NCBI GenBank assembly: GCA_051313645.2
Contig: JBNRSN020000007.1
Span: 3,224,001 to 3,288,000 of the forward strand
Length of the DNA stretch: 64,000 nucleotides
Direction of reading: 5' to 3'
From: Centroscyllium fabricii
Lineage: Eukaryota
Shown here: piece by piece, positions 27,451-38,359 of the stretch
Position numbering within the stretch: the first letter of the stretch is position 1
How the letters are laid out: each line of letters starts with the position of its first letter
Made by a program: the position numbers and the translations under genes
The notes under the pieces: model-generated
Told to the model about the DNA's origin: nothing
What the model saw: only the letters and a program-made list of their open reading frames with translations
Database searches by the model: none

Positions 27451-28349
27451 TGGGTTGAATGAAAATTTTCAGTGAAACATGAATAATGACCATAAATTCT
27501 CTTCCATTTCTCCCTTTCATCATGTGCATGTTTACAGCTCCCTCTACCAACATGCATCATCAACATCATTCCTTAGCCACCTGGTTAAATGGCCGATGCC
27601 TGAGAGATGTTCACCTCCTGTTTAGCAGTCACCTGGTTATATAATTTTTACAATGAGTTGTTCTCGGGATGTGTGTGATGTGTCCGGAGGAGGTGGTGGG
27701 CCTTCTCCTTGAACCACTGCAGTCCTCGTGGTGATGGTGGCTCCACCATGGTGGTAGGGAAGGATTCCAGGATACTGACCCAACGGCAATGAACAAACAA
27801 CTGTACATGTCCAAGTCAGCCACAGAAGCTGTGCTAGAGCGCATCTGATGAAAGCGGCATCCAGACTGAATTCGCCAGTGTAAATAGGGTTGAAGGGGAT
27901 TTCAGACGGGACCAGACAGCGATGCAGGACCCAAGGCTTTCTTTTCAAATGTTTCCTCAGCTGATCCTGCCCTCCACACATTCTTATACCGACACTTCTC
28001 TTGGCCATCCCCCGATTCCCATCGCTCCACCATTGGCGGCCGTGCCTTCAGCTGCCTGGGCCCCGAGCTCTGGAATTCCCTCCCGAAACCTCTCCGCCTC
28101 TCAAGGTGTTCCTTAAAACTTACCTCTCTGACCAAGTTTTTGGTCACCTGTCCCAATATCGTTATCATAGAATCCCTACAGTACAGATAGAGGCCATTTC
28201 GGCCCATTGAGCCTGCACCGACACATATTCAAGATAATTTTATTGCCATGTGTAACTCGCACAATGGAATGCTTACTCCCCATTCACTCCCACAATATCC
28301 CACCCTATCCCCGTAACCCCACATATTTAATCCCCCTAACACTAAGTGT

Positions 28350-28592
28350 CATAGAAACATAGAAGATAGGAGCAGGAGTAGGCCATTCGGCCCTTCGAGC
28401 CTGCTCCGCCATTCAATGAGATCATGGCTGATCATCCAAACCCAGTACCCCGCCCCTGCCCTCTCCCCATATCCCTCGATCCCTATCGAGCCTGCACCGA
28501 CACATATCCACCCTATCCCCGTAACCCCACATATTTAAACCCCCTAACACTAAGGGTCAATTTATCATGGCCAATCAACCTAACCCGCACAT
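28350..28592 (-). mobile_element. 3' half of an HE1-like SINE (plus adjacent fragments from about 28165)
   Basis: Tail matches the other SINE copies; head absent. Confidence 0.8.
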
Positions 28593-30478
28593 GTGGCTGG
28601 GTGTCACATTTTGCCTGATTACGCTCCTGTGAAACACCGTGGGACATTTTGCTATATCAAAGGCGCTATATAAATGCAAGTTGTTAGTACTTGGACATTC
28701 TCAGAAGGACAATATGTGGTGATTCTCCGAGTCATATTCAAGAGGTGCAATTAATAGACAGAAACATGTGTAACCTGGGTCTGAAACCCAGAGTCAGGGA
28801 GAATCTCCCTAAAGGGTTAAAAGTCTGGGGATCCAGTGGTCTGAGGTCAGGTGACTTCTTCGGTGCCAGTTTGTCTGGAAGTTTGATCACAAGGGGGTTG
28901 TTGTCCAGGTGTGAGTATGAACAATGTTGCCGAAAGGCTGGGCTGCCATGGAAACCAGCACTCGGCTCCGGCCAGTCTGGAAAAACAAGGAGTCTTGCAG
29001 GTGGGGGCTGTGTGATTGCTTTGCGATAGGCTGGCTAAAAGTGGGGTGAGTTACTGGAGGGTGGAGCCAGGACAGGATAAAAGGCTGGACACGCCTAGAG
29101 ACAGGATTAAGATAGAGCGCAGGAGGAAGAGAGAAGATTGAGCAGGAGGTTAGATTGAGAAGATCCGGGGAAGATCCAGAAGGAGGTTAGATTGAGAAGA
29201 TCCGGGAAAGATCCAGAGAAGCCATGAGAGAGGCAGTTCCAAGAGCCGTCGTTGTTTCCCTTGGGATGAGTAGGCTGTAGTGTACGGTACTCATTGCCAA
29301 GCCCTGTTCGGACAGTCGTGAGTGGCGGCTACTGAGAGAAGGGCTTGGGGAAGACGAGGTTGCAGGAAGCAGAGGGTGGAGAAGTGTGTTTGATGCCCAC
29401 TGCTGGAAGATGCTGGAGGCTTTCGTGTTAAAAGGACTGAGAGACAGTCCCAAGAGCCGTCGTTGTTTCCCTTGAGATGAGTAGGCTGTAGTGTACGGTA
29501 CTCATTGTCAAGCCCTGTTCGGACAGTCGTGAGTGGCGGCTACTGAGAGAAGGGCTTGGGGAAGACGAGGTTGCAGGAAGCAGAGGGTGGAGAGCTGTGT
29601 GCGACGCCCATTGCTGGAAGAGGCTGGAGGCTTTCGTGTTAAAAGGACTGAGAGACAGTTCCAAGAGCCGTCGTTGTTTCTCTTGAGATGAGTAGGCTGT
29701 AGTGTACGGTACTCATTGTCAAGCCCTATTCGGACAGTCGTGAGTGGCGGCTACTGAGAGAAGGGCTTGGGGAAGACGAGGTTGCAGGAAGCAGAGGGTG
29801 GAGAGCTGTGTGCGACGCCCACTGCTGGAAGATGCTGGAAGCTTTCGTGTTAAAAGGACAGAGGCAGATCCAAGAGCCGTCGTTGTCTCCCTTGAGATGA
29901 GGAGACTGTAGTGTACGGTCCTCATTGTCAAGCCCTATTCGGACAGTCGTGAGTAATAACTTCTGAGAAAAGGGCTTGGGGAACAAGGTGTAAGGGTGCT
30001 AAAGTGGATGCCTTGCCATTGTAAATTGCTGATTGAAATGTGTTCTGTAAGGGTGCTAAAGCGAGTGCCTTGCCATTGTAAATTGCTGATTGAAATGTGT
30101 TCTGGAAGGGTGCTAAAGCGAGCGCCTTGCCATTGTAAAGTTCTGATTGAAGTGTGTTCTTGGGAGTGGTTGTGAGCTGAATGAATGCTGATTGATTTGT
30201 TGTATGACATTAATGCTACTTTCTATTTTTGTATCTAGTTGCTAGTTGTTTAACACTGTTTGTATTTAACCTCTATCTCCCAACCCTGTTATTAAAGTTT
30301 GTAAATAGAAATCTGGTCTCAGATTCATCTCTCTCAAGTTAAAAGGGTTACATTTGGGTGGAGGTCACAGAATTCTACACGTGGGGTACGTTAAGAACCT
30401 ACGGGGTAATTGGTATTAACCTAACCCCCCATTCTCAGTAAAGGAGAGGGGGGGGCCAATCGTAAAAAGGGTTACATT

Positions 30479-30496
30479 TGGGGGCTCGTCCGGGAT
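30479..30496 (+). other. Primer-binding site complementary to the 3' end of tRNA-Pro
   Basis: TGGGGGCTCGTCCGGGAT, 2 nt after the 5' LTR; the same sequence as the MLV Pro PBS. Confidence 0.92.
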
Positions 30497-30610
30497 ACTG
30501 TGACTTCCAGTTTCATACACTAGTGGAGTGAACCCATTGTTGCCGAGAGAGAGATGGACGTGAGCACGGTTACTTAGTGGTGTAGTCATGAGGACATGAC
30601 TAGGTTTGGT

Positions 30611-30620
30611 AAGGGGGGAG
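30611..30620 (+). other. Polypurine tract
   Basis: AAGGGGGGAG immediately before the 3' LTR. Confidence 0.88.
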
Positions 30621-31975
30621 TGTAACCTGGGTCTGAAACCCAGAGTCAGGGAGAATCTCCCTAAAGGGTTAAAAGTCTGGGGATCCAGTGGTCTGAGGTC
30701 AGGTGACTTCTTCGGTGCCAGTTTGTCTGGAAGTTTGATCACAAGGGGGTTGTTGTCCAGGTGTGAGTATGAACAATGTTGCCGAAAGGCTGGGCTGCCA
30801 TGGAAACCAGCACTCGGCTCCGGCCAGTCTGGAAAAACAAGGAGTCTTGCAGGTGGGGGCTGTGTGATTGCTTTGCGATAGGCTGGCTAAAAGTGGGGTG
30901 AGTTACTGGAGGGTGGAGCCAGGACAGGATAAAAGGCTGGACACGCCTAGAGACAGGATTAAGATAGAGCGCAGGAGGAAGAGAGAAGATTGAGCAGGGG
31001 GTTAGATTGAGAAGATCCGGGGAAGATCCAGAAGGAGGTTAGATTGAGAAGATCCGGGAAAGATCCAGAGAAGCCATGAGAGAGGCAGTTCCAAGAGCCG
31101 TCGTTGTTTCCCTTGGGATGAGTAGGCTGTAGTGTACGGTACTCATTGCCAAGCCCTGTTCGGACAGTCGTGAGTGGCGGCTACTGAGAGAAGGGCTTGG
31201 GGAAGACGAGGTTGCAGGAAGCAGAGGGTGGAGAGCTGTGTGCGACGCCCACTGCTGGAAGATGCTGGAAGCTTTCGTGTTAAAAGGACAGAGGCAGATC
31301 CAAGAGCCGTCGTTGTCTCCCTTGAGATGAGGAGACTGTAGTGTACGGTCCTCATTGTCAAGCCCTATTCGGACAGTCGTGAGTAATAACTTCTGAGAAA
31401 AGGGCTTGGGGAACAAGGTGTAAGGGTGCTAAAGTGGATGCCTTGCCATTGTAAATTGCTGATTGAAATGTGTTCTGTAAGGGTGCTAAAGCGAGTGCCT
31501 TGCCATTGTAAATTGCTGATTGAAATGTGTTCTGGAAGGGTGCTAAAGCGAGCGCCTTGCCATTGTAAAGTTCTGATTGAAGTGTGTTCTTGGGAGTGGT
31601 TGTGAGCTGAATGAATGCTGATTGATTTGTTGTATGACATTAATGCTACTTTCTATTTTTGTATCTAGTTGCTAGTTGTTTAACACTGTTTGTATTTAAC
31701 CTCTATCTCCCAACCCTGTTATTAAAGTTTGTAAATAGAAATCTGGTCTCAGATTCATCTCTCTCAAGTTAAAAGGGTTACATTTGGGTGGAGGTCACAG
31801 AATTCTACACGTGGGGTACGTTAAGAACCTACGGGGTAATTGGTATTAACCTAACCCCCCATTCTCAGTAAAGGAGAGGGGGGGGCCAATCGTAAAAAGG
31901 GTTACACATGTTAGTGCTTCCTTTAGACTTTCTTTAAAGCCTGAACTCCTCAGTCCTCATCTGATCAGCCCTTAC

Positions 31976-32241
31976 CTGGTTTCTGCTCAGAATCTTTGGT
32001 TTTGGTAGTCACTGTTGCCGAAGGCTCTTTTTCCGACGTTTGTACGATTTCGTGCTCCGGACCGGCAGCTTCTGATTTCGGTTTTGGTTTTCCCTCCTTC
32101 TCGCTTTTCTTTTTGGTTGCACTCACACCAGTGGAAGCGAGTGGGAGTCGATGGACGGGCAGAGGCTTATGGACGAGCGTAGGGGATGGAGGGTGCTGCT
32201 TGAATTTGCTGGGAGAAGGAGGATGGCTCTTTGGACTCGAT
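31976..32241 (-). CDS. MAP7D3: Coding exon: (K)SSPKSHPPSPSKFKQHPPSPTLVHKPLPVHRLPLASTGVSATKKKSEKEGKPK...DSEQKP
   Basis: Acceptor tgttag, donor CAG|gtaagg; 266 nt, phase 2 to 1. Confidence 0.85.
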
Positions 32242-32345
32242 CTAACATTCAAATAAAATCACCGTCAGTTAAGATCTGAAACCTGCACTGAACATTTTCG
32301 GAAAATAGTGTCACTATTAGGGCTCATGGGCTTGGGGGTAATGTA

Positions 32346-33044
32346 CAGGTTGTGTACCATTAATTTGGCACGGGCGGGACTAGGCCTGCGTCGAAAACAA
32401 CTGGGAGAATGAAGCCGGCCAGTGCGTCGCGCACCATTCAAAATGGCCACGCGCATGCGCATAACATTGCAAATGGCCGCCGATGTTTTGAATGATCTGC
32501 GCATGCGCCGAATGGCAAGCGCATGCACAGATCATGCGAAATGGCCGCCCCGAAGTTGTATCCTCGATGTCGGGCATCTGCTCCTCATCCGACAGGTCGG
32601 AGAAGGCCTCCCCCTTCTCCTCCTCGTCTCCCAGCGACTCCGAGGCGCCGGAGCTCTCGGCCCCGGAGTCCGAGTCGCTGCTGAAGCCGCTGCTGCCTTC
32701 CATGGGGTCGGCGTCTCCTGAAGCCATCAGGACTGTGAGTGTGAATGCGCCGGGCCTGCTGGCTGATCAAAGGCTGGACTGGGCTCTGCTGCTCTCTCGC
32801 CTGCCCTCTCCTGTCTGTCTGCTCACACCGACTGCCCTGCGTATGCGCTAAATGGCCGCCGCGATTGAGGCTTCGGCGAATGATCTGCGCATGCGCTCGC
32901 TGTTCGGTGGCGCTTGCGCAGATCATTCACCGAAGCCTCGATCGCGGCGGCCATTTTGCGCATGCGCAGGGCAGTCGGGGCGATTTGTGCCGGATGACTG
33001 AAGTTGCCGGCTTTTCGATTGCCCGATTAACAGTGCTCAACCTG
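32346..33044. mobile_element. Putative Tigger/pogo-like non-autonomous DNA element, CpG-rich, with internal hairpins
   Basis: Ends CAGGTTG...CAACCTG, left flank TA, right flank CA; imperfect TIRs. Confidence 0.55.
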
Positions 33045-33049
33045 CACTA

Positions 33050-33485
33050 GCATTGATTGAGGATTGGTTAACGGACAGAAAACAGAGTCGGAACATACGG
33101 GTCGGCAGGCCAATTTAGGACCGAGATGATGAGAAATTTCTTCACTCCAAGGGTGGTGAATCTTTGGAATTCTCTGCCCCAGAGGGCTGTGGATACTCAG
33201 TTGTTGAGTATATTCAAAACAGAAATCGATAGATTTTTGGATATTAAGGGAATCGAGGTATATGGGGATAGTGCAGGAAAGTGGAGTTGAGGTCGATGAT
33301 CAGCCATGATCTTATTGAATTGCGGAGCAGGCTCGAGGGGCCGTGTGGCGGAGCAGGCTCGAGGGGCCGTGTGGCGGAGCTGGCTCGAGGGGCCGTGTGG
33401 CGGAGCTGGCTCGAGGGGCCGTGTGGCGGAGCGGGCTCGAGGGGCCGTGTGGCCGACTCCTGCTCCTATTTCTTATGTTATGTTA
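33050..33485 (+). mobile_element. Deleted CR1 remnant whose 3' UTR has a 26-bp unit about 5 times
   Basis: IEDWLTDRKQ...FRTEMMRNFFT; GGAGCAGGCTCGAGGGGCCGTGTGGC repeats at 33323-33454. Confidence 0.8.
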
Positions 33486-33836
33486 AATCATAGAAAACAT
33501 TCACAATTTAACAACAGGAAGCAGCAGTTCTCAAAACTGTTCAGCTGGGTTTATGTTCCTTTTTTCTATTAAGTTGTACAACACGTTGTATCCCAGAAGA
33601 ACCAAAGCACCTCAACCAAAGATTAGCTGCATGTTCCTTCGTAAAACCGAAAAGCTCAGCAGCACCATTGAACATTCGCAGTTGCAATGGGAAGATCATG
33701 GCCCAGATTCTATTGAATTTGAGTCAATGCATAGGAGATGCTGCATAGATTTGATCACCAACCTCCCTTGCGACTTTAGGTGCTGAGTAGCAGCTAAGTA
33801 TTAAGAAGTCCGTGACCAATACCCAATGTGCTAAAT

Positions 33837-34227
33837 ATAGAAACATAGAAGATAGGAGCAGGAGTAGGCCATTCGGCCCTTCGAGCCTGCTCCGCCATTC
33901 AATGAGATCATGGCTGATCATCCAAACCCAGTACCCTGACCCTGCCTTGTCCCCATATCCCTCGATCCCTATATAGCCTGCACCGACCCATATCCCACCC
34001 TATCCCCGTAACCCCACACATTCAATCCTCCCAACACTAAGGGTCAATTTATCATGGACAATCAACCTAACCCGCACATCTTTGGACTGTGGGAGGAAAC
34101 CGGAGCACCTGGAGGAAACCCACGCAGACACGGGGAGAATGTGCAAACTCCACACAGATAGAACCCGAGGCTGGATTTGAACCCAGGTCTCCAGTGCTGT
34201 AAGGCAACAATGCCACCGTGCCGCCCC
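33837..34227 (-). mobile_element. HE1-like V-SINE
   Basis: Same family as 421-821. Confidence 0.9.
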
Positions 34228-34834
34228 TACGTGACATTACCTGATTTCAATCTTCTGAGCCCCATTGACCTGCAGTTGGTTAATCTCCACGCATGTCACA
34301 CTTTACCTAGTAAACTGACTGAGCTACAGCAGCACATTAGGGAGCAGAGATTGACAGGGTTAGCTAATACCCAGGCAGAAAACACATTTTGCACTACAGC
34401 CACAAATCACAAAGATCAGAAAACTGGTGTCAACTGATCAGACTTTGAATATCGGGTGTTGTTACAAGTATCGGCTCCAATAGAGGTGGGAAGAGAGTTT
34501 GGGGTGGTGGTGGGGGCGGGGAGAAGAGTAGAAGGGGTAACTTTAAAGGAAGAAATAATGTGTCACATGCCAAGTTCCACTGTGATTTTCAGAGATGCAG
34601 AATTGTGAAGCAGGTGTGACACCAATTAGGGCGTATGCTTAAAGAATGCTGCATGATACATCTCGTGTTAGAGCATTTTGGCAAAGATTTCGTCTCCAGG
34701 TTTGCATGAATCTAGAATAAGCTCATCTACAAATGACAACAGTTCAATAGGAACATAGGAACAGGAGGCCATTCGGCCCCTCGCACCTGTTCCGCCATTC
34801 AATGAGATTATGGCTGATCTGTACCGCAACTCCA

Positions 34835-37625
34835 TAGGGTTTAAATCAAACCTGGCCACAGCAAATAATAATTCTAAAAGGTCTAAGAGTGTTAAAAAAC
34901 AAGCCTGAAGGCTTTGTGTCTTAATGCGAGGAGCATTCGTAATAAGGTGGATGAATTAGCTGCGTAAATAGAGGTAAACACAGAAACACAGAAGATAGGA
35001 GCAGGAGTAGGCCATTCGACCCTGCTCCGCCATTTTGACGAGATCATGGCTGATCATCCAAACCCAGCACCCCCCTCCTACCCTCTCCCCATATCCCCTG
35101 ACACCCCCAACTCTAAGAACTATATCGCACACACATGCTCATGGGCAATTTTTAGTATCTCCAATTCTCCAATTCACCTAACCTGCATGTCTTTGGGTGG
35201 TGGGAGGAAACCGGAGGAAACCCACACGAACACGGGGAGAACATGCAAACTCCACGCAGAGAGGTCCCGGGCCAAGCAGGATTTGAACCCAGGAGCTCCT
35301 TATTGCGAGGCAACAGTGCTAACCACTGCGCCACTGTGTCGAATATATGATAGGGATTACGGAAACATGGCTCCAGGGTGGCCAAGGCTGGGAACTCAAC
35401 ATCCTGGGGTATTTAATATTCAGGAAAGATGGGCAAAAAGGAAAAGGAGGTGGGGTAGCATTGCTGGTTAAAGAGGGGATTAACACAATTGTAAGGATGG
35501 ATATTAGCACTGATGATGTGGAATCTGTATGGGTAGACCTGAGAAATACCAAGGGGCAGAAAACGTTAGTGGGAGTGGTATATAGACCCCCAAACAGTAA
35601 TGCGGAGGTTGGGGATGGCATTAAAAGGGAAATTAGAGAAGCGTGCAATAAGGGCACAGCCGTTAGCATGGGTGACTTTAATCTACATGTAGATTGGGCT
35701 AACCAAATTAGTAACAATACTGCGAAAGAGGAATTCCTGGAGTGTATACGGGATGGTTTCCTGGACCAATATGTCGAGGAACCAACTAGCGATCAGGCCA
35801 TCTTAGACTGGGTATTATGTAATGAGAAAGGATGAATTAGCAATCTTGTGTGAGGCCCCTTGGGGCGGAGCAATCATAATATGATAGAATTCTTCATTAA
35901 GATGGAGACTTAAGTAGTTGACTCAGAGACTAGGGTCCTGAATTTAAATAAAGGAAACTACGATGGTATGAGGTGCGAGTTTGGTAGGATTGATTGGGTT
36001 ATGTCACTCAAAGGGTTGACTGTGGATAGGCAATGGCAAACATTCAAAGATCGTATGGATGAACTACAGAATTTGTTCATCCCAGTTTGGCATAAAAATA
36101 AAAATAAAAAGGTGACTCAACCGTGGCCAACAAGGGAAATTAGAGATAGCATAAGATCCAAGGAGAGGACATATAAATCGGCCAGAAAAAGCAGTAAACC
36201 TGAGAATTGGGAGCAGTTTAGGATTCAACAAAGGAGCACAAAGGGATTCATTAAGAGGAGGGAAATAGAGGATGAAAGTAAGCTTGCAGGGAACATAAAA
36301 ACTGACTGTAAAAGCTTCTATAGACATGTGAAGAGAAAAAGATTGGTGAAGTCAAGCGTAGGTCCCTTGCAGTGAGAAGCAGGGTAATTTATAATGGGGA
36401 ACAAAGAAATGGCAGACCAATTAAATACATACTTTGGTTCTGTCTTCACAAAGGAGGACACAAATAACCTTCCAGAGATGTCGAGGGAGGAACTGATGGA
36501 AATCAGTATTTGTAGGGAAATGGTGTTAGAGAATTTGATGGGATTTAAGGCCAATAAATCCCCAGGGCCTGATAATCGACATCCTAGGGTACTTAAGGAA
36601 GTGGCCCTAGAAATAGTAGATGCATTGCTGGTCATCTTCCAAAATTCAATAGACTCTGGAACATACCCATGGATTGGAGGGTTGCTAATGTTACCCTTCT
36701 ATTCAAAAAAGGCGGTAGAGAAAAAGCAGGGAATTACAGACCGGTAAGCCTGACATCCGTAGTGGGGAAAATGCTAGAGTCCAATATAAAAGATGTAATA
36801 GCAGAGCACTTGGAAAACAGTGACTGGATTGGACAAACTCAACATGGATTTACAATGGTTAAGTCGTGCTTGACTAATCTACTGGAGTTTTTTGAGGATG
36901 TAACTGGTAAAATAGATAAGGGAGAACCAGTGGATATGGTGTATTTGGACTTTCAAAAGGTGTTCGATAAGGACCCGCATAAGAGATTAGCTTGTAAAGT
37001 TAAGGCACATGGGATTGGTGGCAAGGTATTGACTTGGATAGAGAACTGGTTGGCAGACAGAAAGCAAAGAGTTGGAATAAACGGGTCTTGGTCGCCTTAT
37101 CTGAGGAAGGATGTTCTTGCCATGGAGGGAGTGCAGCGAAGATTCACCAGGCTGAAACCTGGAATGGCAGGAATGACGTATGAGGCGAGATTGGGTCGAT
37201 TGGGCTTATACTCACTGGAGTTTGGAAGAATGAGAGGGGATCTCATTGAAACTTATAAAATTCTAACAGGACTGGGCAGACTAGATGCAGGAAGGATGTT
37301 CCCGATGGCAGGGGGTCCAGAACCAGGGGTCACAGTCTAAGGATAAGGGGTAAACCATTCAGGACAGAGATGAGGAGGAATTTCTTCATCCAGAAAGTGG
37401 TGAACCTGTGGAATTCTCTACCACAGAAGGCCATAGAGGCCAATTCATTAAAGATATTCAAGAAGGAGTTGGATATATTTCTTAAGGCTAAAGGGATCAA
37501 GGGATATGGGGAGAAGGCAGGGACAGGGTACTGGGTTTGGATGATCAGCCATGATCGCATTGAATGGTGGAGCAGTCTCGAGGGGCCAAATGGCCTACTC
37601 CTGCTCCTATCTTCTATGTTTCTAT
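34835..37625 (+). mobile_element. CR1 LINE ORF2 with APE endonuclease and partial RT; internal deletion at about 37088; SINE variant inserted at 34977-35340
   Basis: NARSIRNK, GITETWL, GGGVALLV, GVVYRPP, GDFN, LDWVL endonuclease motifs; RT jumps from VGINGS directly to WSPYL. Confidence 0.93.
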
Positions 37626-37725
37626 AGTTCCCCCAGTAGAAGCATCAGTTATTACAAGCCATTTGAAGAACAAAACAATGGTTTTATAAATTAGAACTTA
37701 ATTTCTAATTATCCATAGTATTTAC

Positions 37726-38162
37726 TTGATTGTTGAAGGTGATGGTGATCTCTTTGTCACTGTGGTGGATGGTGAGGAGGATCTCTTGGCCCCTGTACTC
37801 GATGGTGAGGAGGGTCTCTTGGCCCCTGTACTCGATGGTGAGGAGGGTCTCTTGGCCCCTGTACTCGATGGTGAGGAGGGTCTCCTGGCCCCTGTACTCG
37901 ATGGTGAGGAGGGTCTCCTGGCCCCTGTACTCGATGGTGAGGAGGGTCTCTTGGCCTCTGTACTCGATGGTGAGGAGGGTCTCTTGGCCTCTGTACTCGA
38001 TGGTGAGGAGGGTCTCTTGGCCCCTGTACTCGATGGTGAGGAGGGTCTCTTGGCCCCTGTACTCGATGGTGAGGAGGGTCTCTTTGTTACATTTGGAGAG
38101 GGAGAGCGTCTACGGCCTGCTGTTGAGGCAGGAGACGATGGGCGTTTTTCCTTGATTTGCTT
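37726..38162 (-). CDS. MAP7D3: Coding exon, Pro/Ser/basic region with (KRPSSPSSTGA)9
   Basis: Acceptor gtacag, donor AA|gtaaat; 437 nt, phase 0 to 2, links both neighbouring exons in frame. Confidence 0.85.
37789..38085 (-). repeat. Coding 33-bp tandem repeat, 9 copies plus degenerate flanking units
   Basis: Plus-strand unit GGCCCCTGTACTCGATGGTGAGGAGGGTCTCTT. Confidence 0.95.
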
Positions 38163-38359
38163 CTGTACATACAAACCAAACAAGACTGTCATTACTCCGG
38201 TCACCTGCCCCACCACCCATGCCGCAGCGCCACATCCTGCCAACCAAAGTTCAGATCCATTAAACAACATTTTTTCATGTCCACACTATCAAATTAGCTA
38301 ACTATTCAATTAAAAATTCAAATGTACTTTGATCCCTTACTACCGAATTGGTATAAGTT

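Larger units (their letters stand above)
28769..31906 (+). mobile_element. Non-autonomous LTR element: LTR 28769-30476, 144-bp internal region, LTR 30621-31906
   Basis: Both LTRs run TGTAAC...GTTACA; 4-bp TSD CATG (28765-28768 and 31907-31910); PBS and PPT present; no gag/pol. Confidence 0.95.

Noticed and set aside
28691-31640. ORFs inside the LTR element as gag/pol/env
   Set aside because: They are short, duplicated in both LTRs and lack retroviral motifs.
34835-37625. Active full-length CR1
   Set aside because: Stops, frameshifts, a SINE insertion and a deletion of the RT catalytic (FADD) region.
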